Virus record (IMG/VR): IMGVR_UViG_3300021400_000447
Span: 17,403 to 81,402 of that record
Length of the DNA stretch: 64,000 nt
Strand: one strand, 5' to 3'
From: a virus
Lineage: Duplodnaviria; Caudoviricetes
How positions within the stretch are numbered: the first letter of the stretch is position 1; every line of letters begins with the position of its first letter. This document shows positions 22,458 to 31,544 of the stretch, piece after piece. Position numbers and translations under genes: made by a program. The notes under the pieces were generated by a model. That model was not told the origin of the DNA. It did no database searches and was given only the letters and a program-made list of their open reading frames with translations.

Positions 22458-22712
22458 TGGGCTTGGGATAACTTTGGACACAGCTTATCCTGCCTAAAAT
22501 TAACAGGTGTTACAGAGCCACCTTTAAAGCCCTGGCTTCTGGGCGCAATCCCAAAAATCTACGACCGTTAACACGGATTTAGCACTTCAACTACCACCGG
22601 CACGAAATCCGCCGCGAAAGCGAACGAGTATGCTTGGTTTAACAAGCGGGCGGCTCAGTAGTGATATGTGGCTTAGCGGAAAACGGTATATAAAGAAGCG
22701 AAGTAAAGTGCA
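22458..22712 (+). ncRNA. Structured leader/ncRNA upstream of the suppressor tRNA
   Basis: Hairpins GGATAA/TTATCC, CGGATTT/AAATCCG, GCCC/GGGC; no ORF. Confidence 0.4.
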
Positions 22713-22717
22713 ATTGT

Positions 22718-22982
22718 AGCCCCTTAGTTCAACGGTAGAACACCGGTCTCTAGTCTTAATTTGGAGCTTCATATGGGGACATATGAATGAAAACGCCGCT
22801 AATTCGGAGAAAGCTTAACTGCCAACCCCGAGCAAGGAGAAATCCGTGTGTAGAGACTTTACACGGCGCATCTAGAACAGATGAAGATAAAGTCCGGACC
22901 ACAATGCAAAAGCAATGCGTGTGAAGAAAACCGTTATATCCCTCTGAAGGAGGTAGTCTGGGTTCGAATCCCAGAGGGGCCA
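22718..22982 (+). tRNA. Amber suppressor tRNA (anticodon CTA) interrupted by a group I intron; exons 22718-22751 and 22927-22982
   Basis: Joined exons give AGCCCCT-TA-GTTC AACGGTA GAAC-A-CCGGT CT CT|A AA ACCGT-23 nt arm-CTGGG TTCGAAT CCCAG-AGGGGCC-A. Mismatches at 1:72 and 27:43. Confidence 0.85.
22752..22926 (+). mobile_element. Compact group I intron (IC-type core, 175 nt, no ORF)
   Basis: P1 CTCT|AG/TTGGAG with U.G at the splice site; P2 TTCATATG-GGGA-CATATGAA; P3 CGCCG/CGGCG; AATTCGGAGAAA..CAACCCCGAGC (P4-P6); AGAGACT and AAGATAAAGTC (P7); P8 CATCT/AGATG; terminal G. Confidence 0.85.
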
Positions 22983-23035
22983 CAATATTGACTTTTCTTA
23001 CAAAATATACTATAATATATTTGTAAGAAAAATTT

Positions 23036-23106
23036 GGGGGATTCGCTAATCGGATTAGCACGCGGCTGTTAACCGCGCTAGAGAGGTTCAACTCCTCTAT
23101 CCCCCG
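23036..23106 (+). tRNA. tRNA-Asn(GTT)
   Basis: GGGGGAT/ATCCCCC; CGCGG-CT GTT AA-CCGCG; promoter at 22988-23016. Confidence 0.88.
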
Positions 23107-23200
23107 TTCGTGCTTTGATGACCAAATGTAGCTTGGCAGTAAATAAATATTAATGCAGATGTGGGGTTATGATGAAAGCCTTTACCTTAAAAGACTATAT

Positions 23201-23271
23201 GCGCGATTAGTGTAATGGTAACATTCGACCCTTCCAAGGTTGCGTTGACGGTTCGAGCCCGTTATCGCGCT
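23201..23271 (+). tRNA. tRNA-Gly(TCC)
   Basis: GCGCGAT/ATCGCGC; CGACC-CT TCC AA-GGTTG; U73. Confidence 0.9.
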
Positions 23272-23308
23272 CTTACACAAAGAGAAAATAAAATATCGTG
23301 GGAGAATA

Positions 23309-23542
23309 ATGAAAATGAGAAACGACAAGACTCTCGAACAGGCAGTTTCTGATACTGTTGCATACATTAAGCGTGCTGAAGCAGAACGCTTAGATGAAAA
23401 TCTGCGAATGAATCATTCTCAGATTGCGGAAATCGTGAGAGAAGAATTTACATTATTCGCCCGGCCAGAAGAAGACTATCAAACCACCATTGAGCGGGTC
23501 GGCCGCAGTATCATTGAAGAAACCGATCTTACCAGGTGGTAA
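23309..23542 (+). CDS. Hypothetical protein
   Basis: GGGAG RBS; ORF between tRNAs. Confidence 0.55.
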   Translation: MKMRNDKTLEQAVSDTVAYIKRAEAERLDENLRMNHSQIAEIVREEFTLFARPEEDYQTTIERVGRSIIEETDLTRW

Positions 23543-23545
23543 TTT

Positions 23546-23618
23546 GCTGGATTAGCTCAATTGGTAGAGCATTTGATTTGTAATCAAAGGGTTCTCGGTT
23601 CAAGTCCGACATCCAGCT
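23546..23618 (+). tRNA. tRNA-Thr(TGT)
   Basis: GCTGGAT/ATCCAGC; TTTGA-TT TGT AA-TCAAA. Confidence 0.9.
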
Positions 23619-23627
23619 CTTTATAAT

Positions 23628-23699
23628 GGGTTCATATATCAATGGTAGATGGCCTGCTTTGCAAGCAGGAGGTTGAGGGTTCAAATCCCTCTGGATCCA
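23628..23699 (+). tRNA. tRNA-Ala(TGC)
   Basis: CCTGC-TT TGC AA-GCAGG; G3.U70 Ala identity pair. Confidence 0.9.
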
Positions 23700-23704
23700 C
23701 TTCA

Positions 23705-24060
23705 ACCCAAGTAAAACGGGAATTGACTCGTTATAACCAGCCAATTTTAATTGGCGGCCTGATGAACGTTCGACTCGTTCGTTGCTTAAGTCGGTCTGAG
23801 GGCGGAACTGGCATCCGCCGCCTAAATGGAGATACAGGATTGTCACCCTGTCTACTTAAGCAAGTAGTTTAATGGCTAAAACCGTAGGCGACGTGGCGCG
23901 GACACTGGTTTGGGTGAGGTTTCTGCTATGACCAAAAAGACATAAAATATAGCAGCAATGTGTGCTTATGACGGTATTGTTACGTTGCGGAGCAATACTT
24001 GAGGCTTCATAGCAGTTAGCGTTAATCTGTGCGCAACAGTTAAAAAACGCATTTTGTGTT
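23705..24060 (+). ncRNA. Candidate structured non-coding RNA of about 350 nt
   Basis: TTGCTTAAGT 23782-23791 pairs with ACTTAAGCAA 23854-23863, enclosing hairpins GGCGGA/TCCGCC and ACAGG/CCTGT. Confidence 0.45.
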
Positions 24061-24081
24061 TATTTCTCTGGAGGAAAATAA

Positions 24082-24621
24082 ATGGCTGAACCTAGACTAA
24101 AGATTCTACCCCCTTGGACTATTACTATTCGTAAGTTTGAAGCTCTATTTGATGGTGATCCCCAGATTGCATGCAACTGCAACTTTGGCGGCACAGAACC
24201 TTCTATTACGCTCGCCTGTAACAATGGCGACAAGGTTGCAGCACTTCTACAGCTTCTACCTGATGAGATTGGTTTCGGGCATGTAAAGCTTAAGGTTGTG
24301 GTAGATGGCACTCCATCTAATCGTGTTTTTACAAGCAAGGTCGAACTTTTTGACACAGCGTTTAAGGGCAACCCAGCGTATGCCTATTCTGTTTGCCCTG
24401 CCGAGGAAGGTTATCAGTGGATTGGAACGACATATGTTGTATTCAATAATTGTGTAGTACAGTTTGCAGCGGATAATCTAAATGATTGCCATGGTGTTAT
24501 TAGCACACTTTATGAGACAATTGCTGATGAACTACTAACTGGGCCTGCGACTGAGGGCGTGTTCTTCAACACCAACGTTGAACGTGCTAATCTTGGTATG
24601 CCGCTTGGCGAGTGGCCGTAA
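24082..24621 (+). CDS. Hypothetical protein
   Basis: GGAGG RBS; 179-aa ORF, no TAG. Confidence 0.75.
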   Translation: MAEPRLKILPPWTITIRKFEALFDGDPQIACNCNFGGTEPSITLACNNGDKVAALLQLLPDEIGFGHVKLKVVVDGTPSNRVFTSKVELFDTAFKGNPAYAYSVCPAEEGYQWIGTTYVVFNNCVVQFAADNLNDCHGVISTLYETIADELLTGPATEGVFFNTNVERANLGMPLGEWP

Positions 24622-24679
24622 TATCTGACCTACTAGTGTAGGTACAGTTTCTGGGAGCGTGTATAAGCGCTTCCTGCTT

Positions 24680-24757
24680 CGGGATGTAGCACAGTTGGTT
24701 TAGTGCAGCGCTCTGATAAGGCGAAGACCGGTGGTTCAAGTCCATCCATCCCGACCA
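24680..24757 (+). tRNA. tRNA-Ile(GAT)
   Basis: CGGGATG/CATCCCG; loop CT GAT AA; encoded CCA. Confidence 0.88.
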
Positions 24758-24854
24758 GTGCGGGCGACCGGTCCGCAGAAGCGTCCGATCAACGCAAAAC
24801 CGGCCATGTGTGTTCCGCAACTCCACATGTAAAATTAAAAAAGTTGCGGCGCGT

Positions 24855-24927
24855 GCGAGATTAGCTCAGCTGGTAGAGCATTTGGCTTACATCCAAAGGG
24901 TCAGCGGTTCGAATCCGTTATCTTGCA
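24855..24927 (+). tRNA. tRNA-Val(TAC)
   Basis: GCGAGAT/ATCTTGC; TTTGG-CT TAC AT-CCAAA. Confidence 0.9.
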
Positions 24928-24951
24928 CTATAAAATATTGGAGGTTATATT

Positions 24952-25337
24952 ATGAAGGAAGTTGTAGTTTATTTTACCAATGGCAATCGTGCAACGTTTG
25001 AAATGGATAAAGTACAATTTGTTGATGTTATTACTCCAAAAATGCTAGAAGAGCTCCAAGTTACTGATGGATATTCACTAGTACGGAGCGATACGATTAG
25101 TTTCGTCAAGGTACGAGAAAAGAAAGAGGAAGTATAATGAGGGACATTAATCGCATTCCTAAGATGCTTAAACTTATTGAGACTGTGTGGCGCGAAGTCC
25201 CAGATTGGCGGCTTGGGCAACTGCTTGTAAATGTTGTAAATACACTAGGCGGCGTGCCTATGGATAATAATTTGTTCTACATCGAGGATGAAGATCTAAT
25301 GAAGGCACTAGAGAAAATTGCTGAGAGGGATGGCTAA
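24952..25337 (+). CDS. Two small coupled hypothetical genes (24952-25137, 25137-25337)
   Basis: GGAGG RBSs; TAATG overlap. Confidence 0.6.
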
Positions 25338-25670
25338 ATATGGAAACATTTCTTGTAATTTTTTCCGCAATTGGTGTTTGTGCGCTACTCTTTGGTCTTG
25401 GCTTATTTATTGTTAACCTACAGTAGCTTTTTGAGCGCGTGAGAAGTCTTGAAGAAACTGTATATAAGATTCAATATGGGGACAACGTGACTTTTAGTAC
25501 GAAAGATTAATGCCGATGATTAATGACGTGCTTATGATTATTCTGATTGTTTTTTACAGCATCTTCCTACTGCTCTTTCTGGCAATGGTCGGCTTCGGCG
25601 TATACGAGTTTGTCGCTATGTGCAAAGATGAAAAAGAAGCCAGGAAGGCCAGGAAGGAGAGGGAAGAGAG

Positions 25671-28600
25671 GTGGAAGAAATGAGACTTATTGATGCTGAC
25701 GCGCTGTTAGAGAAAATGAAACACAGAAAAGAGTATGTCGGCAGACCGTCCGACCCGGTGTGCCTCGTTGAGGATGCGCCCGCCGTTGCAGAATGGATAA
25801 ACGTAAAGGACAGGACGCCGAAGATTGGACAAATGTGCCTTATCTGGGATGGGAAGAATGTGAAGGCTGGGGTTCATCTTTCGTGCGGCGTGTGGAGCGT
25901 TTCAAACACGCTCGAATACCCTGAATTTTGGATGCCACTACTGCTTGAGCCTCCGAAGGAGATGAGTAGAGATGCGACTAATTGATGCGGACACGCTAAA
26001 AGAAATCATTGGTGAATGTCCGGAAAACTGGACAGATTCGCCAGAAGAAGTTGAAGCATTTAATATGTGGCATCGTATTATGGATGACATAGATTCTACT
26101 CCCACCGTGAAACCAGATTTTTGGATTAGCGTTGAGGAGCGCTTGCCTGATGACAGCATGGAAGTCCTTGTCTTACTAAAAATAAAAGATGTTCTTGTCC
26201 CAGACATGGGTGTATTAATAAGCGGCAATTGGTGGAGTACAATGTCTTACAATATGATGGTTGGTGACCCACTATTCTGGGCTGAGATTCCTCGCGGCCC
26301 TGATAATTACAAGTGATACACAGATGTGGAGGTAGACGGAGATGCGGCTGATTGATGCAGATAAGCTAATACGTAGTATCAATAGCATATCAGTTTTGAC
26401 CGGTCTTGGCCTTCAGCCTGTAATAACAATTGCAGATGTAAAAGAATTAATTAATGCAATACCAACAGCAAGTGACTGGATTAGCGTTAAAGAAAAACTG
26501 CCTGCAACAAATGTTGAGGTGCTGGCAATGTATGTATACGATGACAAGCCTGGTGAGCGTTACGTTGAACCAACATTCTATTTTGATGATGGTAATGGTA
26601 AAGGACATTGGCACTTAGGTGATGAGCACACCTTTGGGCCTGTACGAAAAACAATAATAGCGTGGATGCCAATGCCAAAGCCGTATGAGGTGAGTTAAAA
26701 ATGGCTGAATTTGATTTTGAAAACATCATTAAAAAAGGCGTTGAGGCGGCTATCAACGAGCCTGTATACGATGGCAAGAGTATCACAGAATGGGCGGCTG
26801 TCGGCATGAAAGCGCCGCAATGGATCAACGTGGAAGATAGAGTACCAGAAGATGCGCAAGATTACATCATATGCGTTCTCGCAGGTGACGGGACGAAGCA
26901 TGTAACGATCGGAACATATGATGGGTGGCGCAAACGTTGGAATGATAAGTTCGGTGTCATATGGGTGCCTGACCGTGTGACCCATTGGATGCCATTCCCA
27001 GAACCACTAGCTTGACGCTAAAAGAATCAAATGGGAGACAGAACCATGAAAATCATTGATTTTTCCAAAAAGGGCAATATAGTGCGCTTTTATTTGGGCG
27101 CTGATGACTTGCAAGAATGGTATGGCGACGATTGGAATGATGCGCCATATGAATATAATGCAGGAAAAGTATACGATCGATTTATCGTCGGTCACAAAGA
27201 CATTGCCTTTCCGTTTGATACGTTTGTGCTTGAACCGTGTGAAGGACACGTGAATAGCAGATGGTGTAAGAATGATATGGTAACAAGACGTGTGCCATGC
27301 ATCATTGCTGTACCAAAAGAAAAGACAGAGGATAGCTGGTATGGACAGGATTTTGAGCACTGGGTTTGGACGGATGGAGTACAGCGATTTTTCTTTGGAG
27401 ATAGAATGGAACTTGATGCAGAGGATGCGAGCGAAGATGCTTGACAGGAAGAAGGTTATTAAAGGGCTAGAGTGCTGTACCAAATCACCTGACACCATAG
27501 AGTTAGAGGATTGCCGCAGATGCCAATATAGGGATGAAAAGGATTGCTCCTGTGTGGTCATGCAGGACGCTCTCGCCCTGCTGAAAGAGCAGGAGCCTGT
27601 GGAACCGAAGAAACCAATCAGCGCGGATGACCCGTTCTACGAGTGCGGCAACTGTGGAATGCCCATTGCCAGCACCATGTATCAATTCTGTCCGTATTGC
27701 GGAAGGAAGGTAGATTGGAATGTCTGACCGGGAGAAGGTTATTAAGGAACTGGAAGAATGCCTCACTGCTTCGTGCAGAGGATTCTGGACTTGTCCGTAC
27801 AGCGACAATGCGTGGGATGCCGTTAGAGAAGCGCTGGCCCTGCTGAGAGAGCATGAGCCGATTGCACCTGTGAAGGTGAATAGGTACATCGAAACTAACG
27901 AACACGGCGGCTGGTTTCCATCTGAAACTTATGATTGTGGAAATTGCGGCGCAGAATTGTGTAACAAGGCGAATTATTGTTACGTTTGTGGAAGGCCGGT
28001 GAAGTGGGATGTATCTGCTTGGCGGATGGCTATCTACACCGAGACAAGATAAGAAAGAATGAGGGCAAAGATGTGGATCCGATAAGCCATTTTAGGAACA
28101 GATTCTATTATGGAGCAAATGAAGCTCATATTCCTTATTCAGATCTTGATGAAGAAGATCTCGAAGATGAAGAGCGCGACAGGTACTATCGGGCTAAGGA
28201 GTTCATTAAAGACACGCTTGACGATCCATGCGTATCTGTCTATTTGCGAACCAACTACCAAGGTATATTTGGCAATACTATGAGTCAAACTAAGTGGGAC
28301 AACCACGATTGGAGCGTTTACGCGGAAGTTGTTGCACAAAAATCAGACGAGGAACTCGAACCTTATCTTGCGGAACTTTTTGATTGGTGCAGCTTTATCT
28401 ACGATGATGGGACGGATGCAGACGTAATTGCTGAGAGGTTGAAGAAGTTTAAGCGTACTGATGGTTTTATGTATGCTGCAAAGATGGCAATACGAAGAGC
28501 AATGAATGATAGAACGATGAACCTATCCTCGAATTTTGACGTAGGTCTTCGGTGTGCGTTTTTGCCGGGAGAATATGAAATCTTGCTTGCAGAGATTAAA

Positions 28601-29194
28601 AATGAGGTGCAATTTGATGCGGTTAATTGATGTCGATGCTGTGATTTCTCATTTCGATAGCTAGCCTCCTAATTACTATACTTCAAGTTACATTGTTTCT
28701 GTACTTAAGGCAGCACCAGCAGCATTAACAGGCATATATGGAACTTGTAAACCATTCCATAAATGTCTTGGCGAATATTATTCTCTTGTTGACAATCCAA
28801 GTTATAGTTATTGCCCGTATTGCGGGAAGAAAGTGGAAACAGAATGAGGCATATTGATGCAGACGCCCTTGTCAGAACAATTGAAGATAAACGCTGTGCA
28901 GACTGTCCAGAAGTAAAGTCGCAACGATGCGGGGCATGTCAATGGGATGACGCGATCGCAATGATTGAGGAAGCACCAACCGCGGGTGGCTGGGTAAACG
29001 TAAATGACAGGCTGCCAGATGGTGAATGCATTGCATATAGCGCGAAGTGGTTTGAGATGATAATCGGTTATGTCTACAAGGCAACGGCAAGTGATACAGG
29101 GTACGAGGCAGAAAGTGAAAACGAAGTTTTGCGTGATGTCACACATTGGATGCCATTTCCAAAACCACCGGACGAGGTGAACACGAATGCCTGA
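25671..29194 (+). other. Array of about 10 small overlapping genes, mostly DUF551-like and Zn-ribbon paralogues (25671, 25972, 26342, 26701, 27031, 27437, 27720, ~27977, 28617, 28844)
   Basis: Recurring MRLIDADAL, WI(S/N)V.DRLP...WMP.P.PP and C..CG...(Y/F)CP.CG.KV motifs; coupled start/stop overlaps. Confidence 0.7.
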
Positions 29195-29534
29195 GTGGGT
29201 GGTTGTAGTGAACTGTCAAGGCCAGCCATTCTTCTATCCGCAGAAAAATCTATTTTGTGGGCTTGTTGCGTTGACATGGCATTATTTGAAAAAGCGAAAG
29301 TATAGAACAATGAATTTCAAACTTAAACAGAGGTGGAGGTGAGCTAGTGTGGGTGATGTGATGATGCTGATTCTAGGGTTCATTGCTGGCTTCCTTTGCG
29401 TTGCTTTAGGAGAGACAAAGGTTCTTGAGAACGCAGTTCACACAGCTTATCAGGACGGTCTCCGGGACGGCGCGGAAGAAGCACTAGCTCGTTAGGAGGC
29501 AAGAGAAAAGCTAGATAATTGAGGTGATTTAGTA

Positions 29535-29795
29535 ATGGGTACTATTATAGCAATAGTGATTTTTGTAGTTGTGGTACTTAGCTCATTCATTGCCGGCTAT
29601 ACAACAGGTTATGAAACTCAATGGATTTCAGACGAGAAACTTGCTAATCGTTATAATGGGTGGCTTACAAAAAGAGTTAAACACTTTGTATGCGGTATGG
29701 TTCATGGGCATGACTGGGAGGATGACACTCCTCTACTCGACCAGGGTATTAAATTCCAAACTTGTAAGAGATGCGGCAAGGAAAGAATGGTTTAA
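29535..29795 (+). CDS. Small protein with N-terminal membrane anchor
   Basis: GAGGTG RBS; hydrophobic N-terminus; C...GHDW...C.RCG. Confidence 0.6.
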   Translation: MGTIIAIVIFVVVVLSSFIAGYTTGYETQWISDEKLANRYNGWLTKRVKHFVCGMVHGHDWEDDTPLLDQGIKFQTCKRCGKERMV

Positions 29796-29874
29796 TCATC
29801 TCGTAAAAAAATTGACTAGAGAAAAAAATTTTGATATAATATATATGAAAGATGAGGAAAGGAAGTAACAAAGC

Positions 29875-30147
29875 ATGCTGTTTAGGTACAAGGTCATGGT
29901 GGCTGAGACTTCTGAATCGCGCAATTATCGAGATGCTGGTATCGTTTCTGCTAATGACCTCATTAGTGCTGTAAAGCGCATTGCAGAGTATCATGGCGAA
30001 GAAAACATTATCGAGCTCCGAATTGAGTCAGTAAATGATATTGTAAGCGATGAAGAGCTTGGTGAAGTGATCGTTCCTGATTACAGAAAAGAGCGAGATT
30101 GGTGCGATCACACTGCGCCGCTATTCTCTCTTGACAGCGAGGATTAA
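29875..30147 (+). CDS. Hypothetical protein
   Basis: Follows promoter 29812-29840; AAAGGAAG RBS. Confidence 0.6.
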   Translation: MLFRYKVMVAETSESRNYRDAGIVSANDLISAVKRIAEYHGEENIIELRIESVNDIVSDEELGEVIVPDYRKERDWCDHTAPLFSLDSED

Positions 30148-30160
30148 ACCCCGCTAACAT

Positions 30161-30245
30161 GCTGGTATGGTGAAATAGGCAAACACAGCAGACTTAAAAT
30201 CTGCCGCCGTAAGGCTTGCCGGTTCAAGTCCGGCTACCAGCACCA
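30161..30245 (+). tRNA. tRNA-Leu(TAA)
   Basis: GCTGGTA/TACCAGC; GCAGA-CT TAA AA-TCTGC; long variable arm; CCA. Confidence 0.92.
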
Positions 30246-30254
30246 CCTAAATCA

Positions 30255-30505
30255 ATAGGAGTTTTGAGACGGCTATTAGACTTAATACTCGGTCATACTA
30301 CAAATCCTATTGCCATCATGCGTCTGTAAACGCATGTGCGTCTGTTACAGCAGACAAAAGCGAAGCGACGAATGAGCTGGTACGCTCCCAGCCCTAAAGG
30401 ATATATGTCGCCGGACACCTCGCCCGTTGAGGAGGAAAGAATAGGGTAAATGTTCTACCCCTATCACCAAAATGCAAGGGCATGCAGAATGGTTAATTTG
30501 AACAT
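30255..30505 (+). ncRNA. Candidate structured intergenic RNA
   Basis: CAATAGGA/TCCTATTG, ATGCGT/ACGCAT, GTCTG/CAGAC, GCTGG/CCAGC and ATAGGG/CCCTAT stems. Confidence 0.4.
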
Positions 30506-30510
30506 TTTAT

Positions 30511-30592
30511 GCCCGAGTGGCGGAATGGCAGACGCGCTTGACTCAAAATCAAGTTCACAAGAGTGTGGGTTCAAGTCCCACCTTGGGCACCA
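30511..30592 (+). tRNA. tRNA-Leu(CAA)
   Basis: GCCCGAG/CTTGGGC; CTTGA-CT CAA AA-TCAAG; CCA. Confidence 0.92.
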
Positions 30593-30595
30593 TAT

Positions 30596-30668
30596 GCTCC
30601 ATTAGCCCAATGGCAGAGGCGATGCGCTTAGAACGCATACAGTGAGAGTTCGAATCCCATCGAGAGTG
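30596..30668 (+). pseudogene. Degenerate tRNA-Leu(TAG)
   Basis: Good D and anticodon arms (ATGCG-CT TAG AA-CGCAT); T stem and 3' acceptor strand do not pair. Confidence 0.55.
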
Positions 30669-30694
30669 CTGTAAAAATATTGAAGGGAAAAGAA

Positions 30695-31171
30695 ATGCCG
30701 ACTTTATATATCATTTGCGGCCCTAGTGGTAGCGGGAAATCTACTTGGGCAAAGAACTACATGATTGAACATGATGAACAAGATATTCGTTATGTTTCGC
30801 GCGATGAAATTCGTTATTCAATCGTTCATGATGATGAACCTTATTTTTCTCATGAACGTGAAGTTTTTCGCAAGTTTGTATCTACCATTGTAAACACGCT
30901 AATTGACGGATTTGACGTTATTGCTGATGCAACGCATCTTAATAGTGCTTCCCGCGCGAAGCTAACAAATGCAATCGATGCACGCTATTCTGATTATGAT
31001 ATTATTTACGTAGTATTTAATGTTCATATTTCTGAGTGTATTCGGCGTAATGGTCTGCGAGAAGGACGAATGTGTGTGCCTGATGGTGTTATCGATCGGC
31101 AATTCCATGATTTTTACGCTCCTACGCTTGAAGAAGATGTACGAGCGACTCGCATAATTTACGTATATTAA
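30695..31171 (+). CDS. P-loop kinase, polynucleotide-kinase-like (AAA_33)
   Basis: LYIICGPSGSGKSTWAK, SRDEIR, DATHLN...R, R.R.VP..VI..Q. Confidence 0.8.
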   Translation: MPTLYIICGPSGSGKSTWAKNYMIEHDEQDIRYVSRDEIRYSIVHDDEPYFSHEREVFRKFVSTIVNTLIDGFDVIADATHLNSASRAKLTNAIDARYSDYDIIYVVFNVHISECIRRNGLREGRMCVPDGVIDRQFHDFYAPTLEEDVRATRIIYVY

Positions 31172-31238
31172 AATTTGACTTTTAAGAAAAAATGTAATAT
31201 AATATATATATATGTAAGATGAGAAAGGGGCTAGAAAT

Positions 31239-31544
31239 ATGAAACCGTATAGTATGGGAAGCCACAAGCGTCGTAAGCATCAGCGCTGGCTGAATGCGTT
31301 CTGCCGTGAAGTGAATAAAACAATGGAACATGATCCTCTGTGGATGGGCAGATTCGTTGTCGAGCAGAAGCGGACTGAAATGCATTGGTTTCCTGACAAT
31401 AGCGGCGGCGTACTTTGGTGTGTGCTTCAGTTTAGAGACAAGAAAACTGGCCAAACCAAATTCTGGCCAACAACCTGCTTTACTGCGACTTGGGACATTT
31501 GGGAACGTATGAATGATTTCATTGTAAATGATTGTAAGGCATGA
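31239..31544 (+). CDS. Hypothetical protein
   Basis: Follows promoter 31175-31203; clean ORF. Confidence 0.65.
   Translation: MKPYSMGSHKRRKHQRWLNAFCREVNKTMEHDPLWMGRFVVEQKRTEMHWFPDNSGGVLWCVLQFRDKKTGQTKFWPTTCFTATWDIWERMNDFIVNDCKA

Noticed and set aside
22927-22950. Alternative splicing that yields a CUG anticodon directly
   Set aside because: No G precedes 22946 to serve as a 3' splice site, and CCGGT would not pair with GGAGG.
22718-22982. Selenocysteine or pyrrolysine tRNA
   Set aside because: The anticodon is CUA, not UCA; tRNA-Pyl has a very short variable loop; no sel or pyl genes are in the window; TAG aligns with Gln.
19425-24060. tmRNA, RNase P or 6S RNA among the non-coding tracts
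   Set aside because: I found no tRNA-Ala-like ends with a tag ORF and no GAGGAAAGUCC RNase P motif; a covariance-model search is still needed.
30596-30668. tRNA with TAG anticodon as the amber suppressor
   Set aside because: Anticodon UAG reads Leu CUA codons, not the UAG stop; its T stem and acceptor are also broken.
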